The notes beneath the pieces are model-generated. The model ran no database searches. It saw nothing but the letters and a program-made list of their open reading frames with translations, and was not told the DNA's origin. This document shows, in pieces, positions 7,884 to 14,489 of a DNA stretch of 21,953 nt. This DNA is from an uncultured Candidatus Saccharibacteria bacterium (GTDB lineage Bacteria; Patescibacteriota; Minisyncoccia; UBA6257; UBA11618). The translations under genes were made by a program, and so were the position numbers. Position 1 is the stretch's first letter. Every line of letters starts with the position of its first letter. The stretch spans positions 1 through 21,953 of the forward strand of contig CAYSNH010000006.1 of assembly GCA_964432405.1 (NCBI GenBank), written 5' to 3'.

Positions 7884-8420
7884 ATGGCAAAGCAAACAGT
7901 AAAACTTAATTATCTAAAAATAGCTCCTCGTAAAGTGAGGCTGATTGCTAATGCTATAAAAGGACTACCTGTTCAAGAGGCAGAAGCTCAATTATTAATG
8001 AGACCTCAGCGATCGGCTCCAGCTTTATTAAAGCTATTACGCTCAGCTATTGCTAATATTAAAAGTCAGGATATGAAGACGGATTCTTTATATATATCTG
8101 AAATTAGAGTGGACCAAGGTCCTATGCTTAAGAGAATGTTGCCTCGAGCTATGGGTCGAGCTACCTTGTTGCAGAAAAAGATGAGTCACGTTACCTTGAT
8201 CTTAGACGAGAAAGAACGTCCTAATAAAGAGCGCTTTAATATTATTAAGCCAGTAAAAGAGAAGAAAGAGGATAAAAAGCCTGTTAAAAAAGTAGAGGCT
8301 GATAAGGAGGTTAAGGAGGAGAAAGTAACAAAAGAACAACCACGAGCTGATAAGAAGGAAAAAAGAGCAGAAGAGAAAAAGGGCGCGTTTAAGAGATTCT
8401 TTAGAAGAAAGAATATCTAG
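7884..8420 (+). CDS. rplV: 50S ribosomal protein L22 with a roughly 70-aa Lys/Glu-rich C-terminal extension
   Basis: APRKVRLIANAIKG and RMLPRAMGRA motifs. The core ends near HVTLILDEK, then a KE-rich tail follows. Stop TAG at 8418-8420. Confidence 0.94.
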   Translation: MAKQTVKLNYLKIAPRKVRLIANAIKGLPVQEAEAQLLMRPQRSAPALLKLLRSAIANIKSQDMKTDSLYISEIRVDQGPMLKRMLPRAMGRATLLQKKMSHVTLILDEKERPNKERFNIIKPVKEKKEDKKPVKKVEADKEVKEEKVTKEQPRADKKEKRAEEKKGAFKRFFRRKNI

Positions 8421-8455
8421 ACAAAAAACTTAATTAATATTATTTTACTAAAACC

Positions 8456-9118
8456 ATGGCAAGAAAAATTAGACCAGATTTATTAAGACTAGGAATTGTT
8501 AAGAAGTGGAGTGCACGTTGGTTTAGTAATGCCAGTTTTCGTAATAACTTAGAGGAAGATGAGTTAATGCGTAATATTATTAATGGAAAGATTAAGACGG
8601 CTGGTATCGTAAGTATTGATGTTGAGCGTAGTATTGGAGACGTCAAGCTTATCGTTAAAGCAGCTCGGCCAGGTTTGATTATTGGTCGAGGAGGTAAGGG
8701 GATTGAAGATTTAACTAAGCTTATTAAATCTGGATTAGCCAAACTTTATCGACGTCGAGAAGCGGAAATGCCTTCAGTTAATATCTCTATTGAAGAGTTG
8801 AAGCGATCAGAGGTGGCGGCTGTTAATGTGGCTCAGAATGTTGCTTGGGACTTAGAAAAAAGAATGCCTTATCGTCGGGTGATTAAAAAACATCTTGAGG
8901 GAGCATTGCAGAACAAGGATGTTCTAGGAGCTCGTATTAGTATTAAGGGTCGAATTGGTGGTTCAGAGATTGCTCGAAGAGAGTGGTTGGGGCGTGGTAA
9001 GTTACCACTTCAAACCTTGAGATCTAATATTGATTACGGTGAAGTTACCGCTCACACCTCTTATGGGGCTATTGGTATTAAGGTTTGGTTAAATAAAGGT
9101 GAAGTATTTGAAGATTAA
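8456..9118 (+). CDS. rpsC: 30S ribosomal protein S3
   Basis: KH-domain GLIIGRGGKGIEDL motif, the C-terminal GRIGGSEIARREW motif, and operon order. Confidence 0.96.
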   Translation: MARKIRPDLLRLGIVKKWSARWFSNASFRNNLEEDELMRNIINGKIKTAGIVSIDVERSIGDVKLIVKAARPGLIIGRGGKGIEDLTKLIKSGLAKLYRRREAEMPSVNISIEELKRSEVAAVNVAQNVAWDLEKRMPYRRVIKKHLEGALQNKDVLGARISIKGRIGGSEIARREWLGRGKLPLQTLRSNIDYGEVTAHTSYGAIGIKVWLNKGEVFED

Positions 9119-9120
9119 TT

Positions 9121-9537
9121 ATGTTAGTTCCAAAGAAAGTAAAACATAGAAAGTGGCATAAGGGCCGATCACGAAAGCGCAAGGTGGAAACTCGAGGTGT
9201 TACCCTGCAACACGGTGGTTTTGGTTTGAAAGCGGATGGTTCAGCTTGGATTAACTCAAGTCAAATTGAGGCAGCTCGAAGAACTATCACCAACTTCCTT
9301 AGTCGTGAAGGAAGAGTTTTTATTAGGATCTTTCCTGATAAACCGGTAACTAAGAGACCACCAGAAGTGACTATGGGTGGTGGTAAGGGAGCGGTTGACC
9401 ACTATGTTTTTCCAGTTCGTCCGGGACGTGTTTTATTTGAGATTGATGGTGTTGATGAAGAAAGAGCTCGAGAGGCTTTAAATCGTGCTAGTTTTAAGCT
9501 ACCTTTAAAGACCAAGATTATATCTAGGGAAGAATAA
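9121..9537 (+). CDS. rplP: 50S ribosomal protein L16
   Basis: MLVPKKVKHRKWHKGR, RIFPDKPVTKRPPEVTMGGGKG. Confidence 0.96.
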   Translation: MLVPKKVKHRKWHKGRSRKRKVETRGVTLQHGGFGLKADGSAWINSSQIEAARRTITNFLSREGRVFIRIFPDKPVTKRPPEVTMGGGKGAVDHYVFPVRPGRVLFEIDGVDEERAREALNRASFKLPLKTKIISREE

Positions 9538-9541
9538 TAAA

Positions 9542-9739
9542 ATGAAAAAGAAAGAGTTAGAACAATTGAGAAAAAAGCCAGTGATTGAATTGCAAAAGAA
9601 GGTGCAAGAGAATAAGGAAAAACTTTGGCAGCTCAAGGTTGATTTAGTGGCTGGTAAAGTGAAGAATGTAAAAGAAATCAGGAATCTAAAGAAAGAAATC
9701 TCTCAAATGCTAACTTTTATTAATAACCATGGAGAATAA
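9542..9739 (+). CDS. rpmC: 50S ribosomal protein L29
   Basis: Small helical 65-aa protein with the ELxxLRxK..L..LK pattern, between L16 and S17. Confidence 0.88.
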   Translation: MKKKELEQLRKKPVIELQKKVQENKEKLWQLKVDLVAGKVKNVKEIRNLKKEISQMLTFINNHGE

Positions 9740-9980
9740 AAAAGAGGTAAAAAGACGTAAATTAGAGGGAGTGGTTGTTTCCGATAAGATGGAGAAGACC
9801 GCTACTGTTGAAGTATCGCGATTTAAAAAGCACTCGCGTTATTTGAAATACTTTAAAACTAGCAAGAAGTACAAGGCTCATGATGAGAAGAATGAGTATA
9901 AAACAGGGGATAAGGTAGTTATTGAGTCTAGCCGACCCTTGTCTAAAGATAAAAGATGGGTTATTATAAGCAAGATATAA
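9729..9980 (+). CDS. rpsQ: 30S ribosomal protein S17
   Basis: [44 protein letters not shown]. Overlaps rpmC by 11 nt. Confidence 0.95.
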   Translation: MENKKEVKRRKLEGVVVSDKMEKTATVEVSRFKKHSRYLKYFKTSKKYKAHDEKNEYKTGDKVVIESSRPLSKDKRWVIISKI

Positions 9981-9984
9981 AACC

Positions 9985-10353
9985 ATGTTACAAGAAGAAT
10001 CCTTAGTAAAAGTAGCTGATAACTCTGGCGCCAAGATGATCAAGGTCTTTCGTATTCCTGGCGGTACCAGAAAAAGATATGCTCGATTGGGTGAGATTGT
10101 GATTGCCTCAGTTAAGGTGGCGGAACCTAGAAAGGCTATTAAAAAGAAAGACATTGTTAAATGTTTGGTGGTAAGAACTGCTGCTCCAATTCGGAGAAAA
10201 GATGGTTCTTATGTTCGTTTTGATAATAATGCAGTAGTTGTAGTGGATGATAAGAAGGAGCCTCGTTCTACTCGTATCTTTGGCCCTATTCCTCGAGAGA
10301 TTAAGGAGATGAAGTATGATAAGGTCTTCTCTCTAGCAGAAGAAATCGTATAA
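9985..10353 (+). CDS. rplN: 50S ribosomal protein L14
   Basis: MLQEESLVKVADNSGAK...RFDNNAVV...IFGPIPRE. Confidence 0.97.
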   Translation: MLQEESLVKVADNSGAKMIKVFRIPGGTRKRYARLGEIVIASVKVAEPRKAIKKKDIVKCLVVRTAAPIRRKDGSYVRFDNNAVVVVDDKKEPRSTRIFGPIPREIKEMKYDKVFSLAEEIV

Positions 10354-10357
10354 AAAG

Positions 10358-10385
10358 ATCCCCCAAACCGGGGGATTTTTCTTTT
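10358..10385. terminator. Bidirectional hairpin terminator after rplN
   Basis: Stem atccccc / gggggat with loop aaacc. It is flanked by AAAAA upstream and tttttctttt downstream, so it can serve both rplN (+) and the small minus-strand ORF. Confidence 0.7.
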
Positions 10386-10387
10386 GG

Positions 10388-10552
10388 CTATTGAATGCTT
10401 AAGGCGCCAGTAAATAAAATTATTGCCATAATTATCATAAAAATACCGATGGATTGATGACCGGGTCTTTCTCGTTGATCGGTAAAGATCAGTAGTCCTC
10501 TAGCGAACATTATAAGAGAAAAAAGGATCATCGCTGCAGGTAAGATAGACAT
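10388..10552 (-). CDS. Small two-TM membrane protein, 54 aa (below the ORF-track cutoff)
   Basis: The minus strand reads AAGGAGG (plus 10559-10565), 6 nt, then ATG. Product is MSILPAAMILFSLIMFARGLLIFTDQRERPGHQSIGIFMIIMAIILFTGALSIQ, with stop TAG (plus cta 10388-10390). Two hydrophobic helices flank a charged loop. Confidence 0.6.
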   Translation of the reverse strand: MSILPAAMILFSLIMFARGLLIFTDQRERPGHQSIGIFMIIMAIILFTGALSIQ

Positions 10553-10587
10553 CAAACACCTCCTTGTTAGTTTTTAATGGACTGGGG

Positions 10588-10618
10588 ATAGTACAGCAGA
10601 ATAAGAGAATAGTGTCAA
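10588..10618 (-). promoter_or_regulatory. Candidate promoter for the small minus-strand ORF
   Basis: Minus-strand TTGACA (plus 10613-10618) is followed by TGTACT at 17 nt or TACTAT at 19 nt. Each -10 candidate matches only 4 of 6 positions. Confidence 0.4.
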
Positions 10619-10635
10619 TTATTTCTGATTTTTTA

Positions 10636-10664
10636 TTGCATTAAGTTATCTTTTGTGTTATTTT
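10636..10664 (+). promoter_or_regulatory. Candidate promoter restarting transcription at rplX
   Basis: TTGCAT at 10636-10641, a 17-nt spacer ending in TGt, then TATTTT at 10659-10664. The ATG at 10672 is 7 nt after the hexamer. Confidence 0.45.
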
Positions 10665-10671
10665 TTTTAAG

Positions 10672-10977
10672 ATGAAAATAAAGAAGGGCGACAAGGTTCA
10701 GATTACCACCGGCAAGGATGCTGGGAAGTCTGGTAAGATTATTGATATCAATCTTCAAACTCGACGTGTTATCGTCGAGGGTTTAAATTTATATAAAAAA
10801 CATGTTAAGCCTCGTCGTCAGGGTGAGAAAGGAGAGATCCTTGATCTGCCTCGACCAATGAATATCTCAAACGTTTCTTTAGTGTGTTCTGGATGCAAGA
10901 AACCAGTACGAATTGGTTATCGAGTTGAGGATAAGAAAAAGACTCGAATTTGCCGAAAGTGCGAAGCAACTATATAA
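10672..10977 (+). CDS. rplX: 50S ribosomal protein L24 (Cys4 form)
   Basis: KIKKGDKVQITTGKDAGKSGKI KOW motif. The C-terminus carries CSGC..CRKC. Confidence 0.95.
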   Translation: MKIKKGDKVQITTGKDAGKSGKIIDINLQTRRVIVEGLNLYKKHVKPRRQGEKGEILDLPRPMNISNVSLVCSGCKKPVRIGYRVEDKKKTRICRKCEATI

Positions 10978-10981
10978 AACT

Positions 10982-11482
10982 ATGGCTACTGATACTAGAC
11001 AACAAATTAAAAATAACTTAGAGAAGGTGGTTGTGAATGTGGGAGTGGGTAAGAAGGCTGTTACTCAATCTGGTTTTGATAGCAAGATCTTGCCAGAGAT
11101 TACCAATGAACTTTCTCAACTTACCGGTCAAAAGCCAGCTACTAGAGCTGCTACTAAGTCTATTGCTGGCTTCAAGTTGCGTCAGGGTATGATAGTTGGT
11201 TTGAAAGTTACCTTGAGAGGTAAGCGGATGATTGATTTTGTAGAGCGATTGAATAAGATCGTCCTACCTCGTTTGAGAGACTTTCGTGGTTTAGATTTGA
11301 AAAATATTGATCAGGGCGGAGGTCTATCAATTGGCCTTCAGGATCAGTCAGTTTTTCCAGAAATCAATCCAGAAACCTCTAAAGTTAATTTTGGTTTGCA
11401 GATTACTCTAGTGCCAAAGGAAAGAGATCGTCAGTCGGCCATTGATTTTTACCGTCAAATTGGCGTACCATTGAAGAAATAA
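10982..11482 (+). CDS. rplE: 50S ribosomal protein L5
   Basis: [26 protein letters not shown] and [10 protein letters not shown] motifs. The ATG at 10982 was chosen because the ORF-track start at 10913 overlaps rplX. Confidence 0.95.
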   Translation: MATDTRQQIKNNLEKVVVNVGVGKKAVTQSGFDSKILPEITNELSQLTGQKPATRAATKSIAGFKLRQGMIVGLKVTLRGKRMIDFVERLNKIVLPRLRDFRGLDLKNIDQGGGLSIGLQDQSVFPEINPETSKVNFGLQITLVPKERDRQSAIDFYRQIGVPLKK

Positions 11483-11486
11483 AGTT

Positions 11487-11672
11487 ATGGCAAGAAAGGC
11501 AAGTATCGCAAAATCAAAAAAGAAGCCCAAGTTTTCTTCTCGAATAGTATTACGTTGCTTTCGTTGTGGACGAAAGAGAGCTTATATGAGAAAGTTTGGT
11601 CTTTGCCGTATCTGCTTTAGGGAGATGGCTAGTAAAGGTCAGATTCCTGGAATTAAAAAAGCTAGTTGGTAA
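11487..11672 (+). CDS. rpsN: 30S ribosomal protein S14, short zinc-binding (type Z) form
   Basis: 61 aa with CFRCGR...CRICFRE. Confidence 0.95.
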   Translation: MARKASIAKSKKKPKFSSRIVLRCFRCGRKRAYMRKFGLCRICFREMASKGQIPGIKKASW

Positions 11673-11673
11673 T

Positions 11674-12057
11674 ATGTATACAGATTTATTAACAAGAATT
11701 AAAAATGCTCAGGCAGTGAAGAAAGAGAGCTTGAAAGTGCCTTTTTCTAATAACGATATGAAAATCGCTGAGTTGTTAGCTAAAAATGGTTATTTGGCCA
11801 GTGTAGAGAAGAAGGGGCGTATGCCTAAAAGAATTATTGATATTACCTTAAAATATGATGACAATGATCGAGGGGCGATTAGTGGTGTTAAGTTTGTTAG
11901 CGTGCCTTCTCGACGTATTTATTGCGGCTATAACACTTTGAGACTGGTAAAGAATGGTTTTGGTACCGCTCTAGTCTCTACCTCCAAAGGTATTATGACT
12001 AACCGTCAAGCTCGAAAGGAGAAGGTTGGTGGTCAGATCTTATTTGAGATTTGGTAG
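11674..12057 (+). CDS. rpsH: 30S ribosomal protein S8
   Basis: MYTDLLTRIKNAQ...GGQILFEIW. The ATG at 11674 was chosen over the ORF-track start at 11596, which lies inside rpsN. Stop is TAG. Confidence 0.95.
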   Translation: MYTDLLTRIKNAQAVKKESLKVPFSNNDMKIAELLAKNGYLASVEKKGRMPKRIIDITLKYDDNDRGAISGVKFVSVPSRRIYCGYNTLRLVKNGFGTALVSTSKGIMTNRQARKEKVGGQILFEIW

Positions 12058-12081
12058 ATAACTTTAATATTTGAATAAAAA

Positions 12082-12105
12082 AAAGGAGCCTGTAAAGGCT
12101 CCTTT
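12082..12105 (-). terminator. Hairpin terminator between convergent rpsH and minus-strand ORF 12153..12440
   Basis: Stem aaaggagcct / aggctccttt with a GTAA loop. The plus-strand A8 run at 12077-12084 gives a U-tract for the minus-strand transcript. Only TTT follows on the plus side. Confidence 0.7.
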
Positions 12106-12129
12106 GGGTTAATGGGTTAATGGGTTAAG
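12106..12129. repeat. Tandem 8-bp repeat, 3 copies (GGGTTAAT GGGTTAAT GGGTTAAG)
   Basis: Read directly from the sequence. It lies between the terminator and the 3' end of the minus-strand ORF. Confidence 0.85.
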
Positions 12130-12138
12130 TTGATGTGA

Positions 12139-12162
12139 CAGCTGTTATGTTACTAACAGCTG
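12139..12162. repeat. 9-bp inverted repeat overlapping the stop codon of the minus-strand ORF
   Basis: cagctgtta-tgttac-taacagctg. The stop codon (plus cta at 12153-12155) spans the spacer/right-arm junction. Confidence 0.7.
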
Positions 12163-12440
12163 ATCGCGAGCAAGGGCAAGATGCCCTTCTCAGTCCAGCG
12201 GTAGATCATCCGCTGGACCCCCTTTGTTGACAAGCGATTGTCGGGGTTGCTGAAGCGAGTGAGGTCGCTGCAGTCTACCCGGATCAGGATGGTGGCGGTC
12301 AAGACGCCGTTCTTTTTGAACGATATCATCAGACAATCCTGATCAATCAACAGCCCTTTCTTGCCGATCGTGTCTCGGGCCGCGAAACGCCCTTTGACAT
12401 CTCGCAGAGTTTTGATCTTCCTTTGGCTGCAAGTACGCAT
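12153..12440 (-). CDS. Small basic hypothetical protein (95 aa), strongly GC-rich; weak excisionase/MerR-like HTH resemblance at the C-terminus
   Basis: AAGGA (plus 12448-12452) lies 7 nt before the ATG. GC3-rich codons such as ATC, GAC, CTG and GGC are used. The C-terminal LSTKGVQRMIYRWTEKGILP resembles the (S/T)-I-Y-R-W..G.LP signature of Xis/AlpA-type HTH proteins, but the first helix looks about 6 aa too short. Confidence 0.65.
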   Translation of the reverse strand: MRTCSQRKIKTLRDVKGRFAARDTIGKKGLLIDQDCLMISFKKNGVLTATILIRVDCSDLTRFSNPDNRLSTKGVQRMIYRWTEKGILPLLAISC

Positions 12441-12486
12441 TTTGATATCCTTTTCAAATTTACCAACTTAACAACGAACTGCCCAC

Positions 12487-12515
12487 ATTATATACTGAAA
12501 ACGAATCTTTGTCAA
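12487..12515 (-). promoter_or_regulatory. Perfect-consensus sigma70 promoter for ORF 12153..12440
   Basis: The minus strand reads TTGACA (plus 12510-12515), exactly 17 nt, then TATAAT (plus 12487-12492). Confidence 0.7.
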
Positions 12516-12541
12516 TAGGTAGATGAATGCTTAATAATTAC

Positions 12542-12570
12542 TTGCCTAAACCAGGCTATCGTGATAGTAT
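12542..12570 (+). promoter_or_regulatory. Candidate promoter restarting transcription at rplF
   Basis: TTGCCT at 12542-12547, a 17-nt spacer ending in TGa, then TAGTAT at 12565-12570. The rplF ATG is at 12589. Confidence 0.5.
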
Positions 12571-12588
12571 CTTGGTACATATTTTATT

Positions 12589-13131
12589 ATGTCTAGACTA
12601 GGTAAAAATCCAATAGAAATACTGGACGGTGTTGAAATTAAGTTGGAAGATAAGAGGCTTAATTTCAAGGGTCCGAAGGGTGTTCTTGAACTGCCAGTTT
12701 TGGAATACATAAAAGTAGAGCTTAAGGAGAAGGAGTTACTCCTCTCTACAACCAAGGAGAGTAAGCAAGCTCGATCAAATTGGGGAACCATGGCTGCTTT
12801 GATTAAGAACACTATTTTAGGTGTTAAGGAGGGCTATGAAAAAACTCTTCAAATTGTGGGCGTTGGTTATCGTGGTAGTATGGAAGGCACTAGCTTGGTA
12901 TTGAATGTTGGCTTTAGTCACCAGGTTAAATATCCAGCACCAGAGGGAATCACCTTAAGCATTGATAAAAATAATATTGTTAAGGTTGAAGGAATTGATA
13001 AGTACCTGGTGGGAGAAGTGGCTGCTAAGATTCGTCGCATTAAGAAGCCTGAGCCATATAAGGGCAAGGGTATTCGTTATACTGATGAGGTTGTACGTCG
13101 TAAGGTTGGTAAGAAGGCGGTTAGCGCTTAG
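12589..13131 (+). CDS. rplF: 50S ribosomal protein L6
   Basis: MSRLGKNPI..GPKG...VGVGYR...PEPYKGKGIRY. Stop TAG, with a TAA one codon further on. Confidence 0.96.
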   Translation: MSRLGKNPIEILDGVEIKLEDKRLNFKGPKGVLELPVLEYIKVELKEKELLLSTTKESKQARSNWGTMAALIKNTILGVKEGYEKTLQIVGVGYRGSMEGTSLVLNVGFSHQVKYPAPEGITLSIDKNNIVKVEGIDKYLVGEVAAKIRRIKKPEPYKGKGIRYTDEVVRRKVGKKAVSA

Positions 13132-13140
13132 AGTTAAATT

Positions 13141-13512
13141 ATGAAACAGACTAAAAGAATCAGTTTAAGAAAGAAGTTGAGAGCTCGACGAACTAGAGCG
13201 AAGATTTCTGGTACCGATAAAAGACCTCGATTGTCTATTTTTCGCAGTAATAAGTTTATCTATGCTCAGTTGATTGATGATGTTAATCATAAGACTTTGG
13301 CAGCTGGCTCTACCAAAAATCTATTAGGTGATACTAAAGATAACAGAACTCTAACGAAGATTGCGCGTTCTGAAGCTTTGGGACAGCTGTTAGCTGAAAA
13401 AGCTAAGAAGGCGGGTGTTAAAGAAGTCGTTTTTGATAAAGGTAGTTATAAATACCACGGACGAGTTAAGGCGGTAGCCGAAGGAGCTCGTAAGGGTGGT
13501 TTGAAATTTTAA
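13141..13512 (+). CDS. rplR: 50S ribosomal protein L18
   Basis: [20 protein letters not shown]...[14 protein letters not shown]. Confidence 0.95.
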   Translation: MKQTKRISLRKKLRARRTRAKISGTDKRPRLSIFRSNKFIYAQLIDDVNHKTLAAGSTKNLLGDTKDNRTLTKIARSEALGQLLAEKAKKAGVKEVVFDKGSYKYHGRVKAVAEGARKGGLKF

Positions 13513-13514
13513 TC

Positions 13515-14048
13515 ATGAGAAGACAACGCAAAGGACCCCGAGTACAAAAAGGGGACGGATTTAAAGACAAGTTGCTGGATTTGGCACGTGTTACCCGTGT
13601 GGTAGCGGGTGGTAAGCGTTTTCGTTTTCGAGCCACAGTGGTAGTTGGTGATGAAAGAGGTACTGTTGGTGTAGGAGTAGCTAAAGGTTTAGATGTTGCT
13701 CAAGCTATTGAAAAAGGCCGAACCGATGCTAAGAAGAAGATGATCACTATCGATATAAAAAATGGCACTATCGCTCATGATGTAGAGGCCAAGTTTAGTG
13801 CTGCTCGAGTTCGTTTAAAGCCAGCTGTTCCAGGTCATGGTTTGAAGGCTGGTGGTGCGGCTCGTGTTGTTTTGGCTTTAGCAGGCGTGAAAGATATTAC
13901 CTCTAAGAAATTGGGTAATACGAGTAATAAGCTAACTAATGCGATAGCAACTCTAGAAGCTTTGAAGAAGCTTCAAGTTAAGTCGGTAGTTAAGAAGGTT
14001 AAGCCGGAGGTTGAGGCTGAGGTTAAGCCTGAAGAAGATAATAAATAA
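13515..14048 (+). CDS. rpsE: 30S ribosomal protein S5 (short charged C-terminal tail)
   Basis: RVTRVVAGGKRFRFRATVVVGD..G.VGVGVAKG and GHGLKAGG motifs. Confidence 0.96.
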   Translation: MRRQRKGPRVQKGDGFKDKLLDLARVTRVVAGGKRFRFRATVVVGDERGTVGVGVAKGLDVAQAIEKGRTDAKKKMITIDIKNGTIAHDVEAKFSAARVRLKPAVPGHGLKAGGAARVVLALAGVKDITSKKLGNTSNKLTNAIATLEALKKLQVKSVVKKVKPEVEAEVKPEEDNK

Positions 14049-14052
14049 AATC

Positions 14053-14487
14053 ATGCAGTTACACGAAATTAGATCAACAACTGAATTAAAAGGTAAGAAG
14101 CCGCGTGTTGGCCGAGGAGGCAAGCGAGGTACTTATTCAGGCCGCGGTCAAAAGGGTCAGAAGGCTCATGCTGGAAGAGGTATTCGACCAGCTATTAGAG
14201 ATCTATTGATGAAGCTGCCTAAGTTACGAGGGTATAGAAACAACCCATTAAAAAATAAGCCTTTAGCAGTTAATGTTGGCAGTTTAAATAAAATCGAGGG
14301 TGATGTAGTTAACCTGGATAGTTTGAAGAAGGTTGGCTTGATTAAAAGAACTCGAAAAACAACCGTTAAAATTTTAGGTAAGGGTGAGATCAATAAAGCT
14401 TTGAAGATTGAGGGTCTGCCAGTTTCTAAAGAGGCTCAGGCTAAGATTGAAAAAGCTGGTGGTGAGATCATCATTGCTAAAAAATAA
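14053..14487 (+). CDS. rplO: 50S ribosomal protein L15
   Basis: MQLHEI..KKPRVGRGGKRGTYSGRGQKGQKAH. The ATG at 14053 was chosen because the ORF-track start at 14011 overlaps rpsE. No L30 gene fits in the 4-nt gap after rpsE. Confidence 0.94.
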   Translation: MQLHEIRSTTELKGKKPRVGRGGKRGTYSGRGQKGQKAHAGRGIRPAIRDLLMKLPKLRGYRNNPLKNKPLAVNVGSLNKIEGDVVNLDSLKKVGLIKRTRKTTVKILGKGEINKALKIEGLPVSKEAQAKIEKAGGEIIIAKK

Positions 14488-14489
14488 TT

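Noticed and set aside
9762-10154. 130-aa minus-strand ORF spanning rpsQ/rplN (similar cases: 8440..8742, 6132..6368, 12546..12812, 14166..14393, 16105..16326, 17189..17443, 17788..18237, 19224..19505, 19817..20056, 21052..21249)
   Set aside because: All lie antisense within well-supported conserved genes. They have no SD or promoter and give hydrophobic or low-complexity products, as expected for AT-rich antisense frames.
10860-10977. Cys4 zinc-ribbon in L24 and the short Cys4 S14 as novel features
   Set aside because: Zinc-binding C+ forms of S14 (type Z) and L24 (for example in Thermus, as I recall) are established variants and are not unusual.
10913-10981. Long N-terminal extensions offered by the ORF track for rplE (10913), rpsH (11596), rplO (14011) and rplC (5360)
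   Set aside because: The extensions overlap the preceding conserved gene, or the hairpin in the case of rplC, and have no family similarity. Internal ATGs give canonical N-termini (MATDTRQ, MYTDLLTRIKNAQ, MQLHEI, MTKLIAQKIRMTQIF).
12106-12129. A CRISPR-like or telomere-like (GGGTTA) array
   Set aside because: There are only three contiguous 8-bp units, with no spacers and no cas genes. It is too short for either interpretation, so it is kept only as a tandem repeat.
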